From Octopus vulgaris (taxonomy: Eukaryota): a DNA stretch of 64,000 bases. The stretch spans positions 218,860,001 through 218,924,000 of the forward strand of contig OX597814.1 of the NCBI GenBank assembly GCA_951406725.2, written 5' to 3'. The notes beneath the pieces were generated by a model. The model did not search any database. It was not told the DNA's origin and was given only the letters and a program-made list of their open reading frames with translations. Position 1 is the first letter of the stretch, and the number at the start of each line of letters is the position of its first letter. Made by a program: the position numbers and the translations under genes. Below are positions 62,662 through 64,000 of the stretch, piece by piece.

Positions 62662-62828
62662 GAAGAATATCTGCTCTTGACATAGTTGAAGTTAATCCCC
62701 TCCTGGGAACACAAATGGAACAAGAAAAAACAATCAGTGTTGCAAAAGATTTTGCACTCACCATCTTTGGTAAACAACGATGTGGAACCCTGCCACCCCG
62801 TTTCACCTTTTCAGGACGTCCCTCATAG
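62662..62828 (+). CDS. ARG: Arginase terminal coding exon
   Basis: Acceptor ttttttattctag. Reads (G)RISALDIVEVNPLLGTQMEQEKTISVAKDFALTIFGKQRCGTLPPRFTFSGRPS*. Contains the LDxVEVNP motif. Confidence 0.95.
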
Positions 62829-63856
62829 TAAAATGTAGTTTAATCAACTGTTGGGTTTCTTTTTCTATTTTTCAAACTTTTATTTTTTTTTATTTTTTTT
62901 TACTTTAAATGAAAATATTTATAAAATATACACTTTAATGTACTAGAGCAACTTGTGCATACTTTCTTCTTTTTTTAAATTATTCAATAAGATTTAAAAC
63001 TATTTTTGATTTTTATTAATTTTTTCTCCTGTTTCTAAAATATTTTCTATTAAAAAAAACGATATTTGCTGTGTACTTAATTTTGTATTCTTGATATACA
63101 CGATTCCTATTTACACTTAAGCATAATTCTAAAGAATAATACCAAAATACAATTTGAATTTTACATTTAGATATCAGCAGCTGTTCTCAGACTAGTTGCT
63201 GTGAAAGAAATATTTGGACTTCAACATAAATGAATTTAACATTTTGTCAATAAGCACTAAGAACTTTTAATAATGACAAACTGGCAATTACGGAAATTTT
63301 CATCTGAAAAAACTAATGCCCATATATTTTCAATTTTAGTGTCTACAAATTTGAAGAATTATAAATATATTACATTATATAAAGATACCGATTTATTAAA
63401 CTGATGCAGAAGCCTCTGTGAGGTTGCTTAACCTGCTAAATATAGAAGACAAATCTCCCTCGAATCCCTCCCTTCCAGCTTGAAGTAAAGAAGATATATT
63501 GAATAATTTAGACCTAGGTAAAATATGTCTGAAAAAAAAGGGGTGGTCACAGCTGGACTATTTTTGATCATGGGTCTGATCAATCGAGCATTACCTGGGG
63601 CTAAACAACAACAACCAGCTTTTTGTAGCTGACAAGAACTGCTGAGCAGTCATTCTGAATTCAATAGCATTTCAACTTTGCTTGTTTCTGTTATGTCAGT
63701 TGAACTGGAATACTGTCAAAACCATTCTGTTGAATTAATTAATGGTGTATAGTTTCAAAACTAAAACCAAAATTTATGGCCTAATTGAATTTAGCAGTCT
63801 ATTCCTTTTTCACAAATGAAAATGTTTTTCTACTAATTTAACAGGTTTTTTTTTTT

Positions 63857-63866
63857 AATAAATAAA
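63857..63866 (+). promoter_or_regulatory. Possible arginase polyadenylation signal
   Basis: Overlapping AATAAA hexamers followed by U-rich sequence, ~1 kb after the stop. Chance occurrence is likely in AT-rich DNA. Confidence 0.3.
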
Positions 63867-64000
63867 ACATTTTAACACATTTATTTTGTTTTAATGACAC
63901 CTTGTCTTCTCTGTCGCAAAATGTTTACATATATCTTAAAATTTCACTGAAATCTTGTCTACTTTAAATATTCCTCCTCCACTTTTTCTTTAATTCAATT

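Overview
AT-rich eukaryotic genomic DNA. The SINE/LINE repertoire looks like that of an octopod cephalopod (inference from remembered repeat families, not a database hit). The only host gene I can support is a + strand arginase. Six coding exons (24577-24842, 48547-48603, 51873-51977, 57067-57143, 60137-60196, 62662-62828) splice in frame through canonical GT-AG sites and keep all Mn-binding motifs (GGDH, DAHAD, SFDID, VEVNP). I could not find the N-terminal ~90 codons in the window. Almost everything else is transposon-derived: at least five tRNA-derived SINE families, RTE, CR1, Penelope and Hero-like non-LTR remnants, an internally deleted Gypsy element, a dead Tc1, piggyBac- and hAT-type MITEs, a Helentron-like element and two minisatellites born inside retroelements. 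Nearly all ORFs in the supplied track are translations of these repeats. The most interesting observations are: (1) a tRNA-Thr-like Pol III SINE carrying a Penelope-type minimal hammerhead ribozyme (3844-4338); (2) a 44-copy expansion of a SINE A-box; (3) young inverted SINEs bracketing the exon with two metal ligands; (4) several long hairpins, one of them pre-miRNA-like; (5) an unusual TGHMHG variant of the arginase SGNxHG loop.
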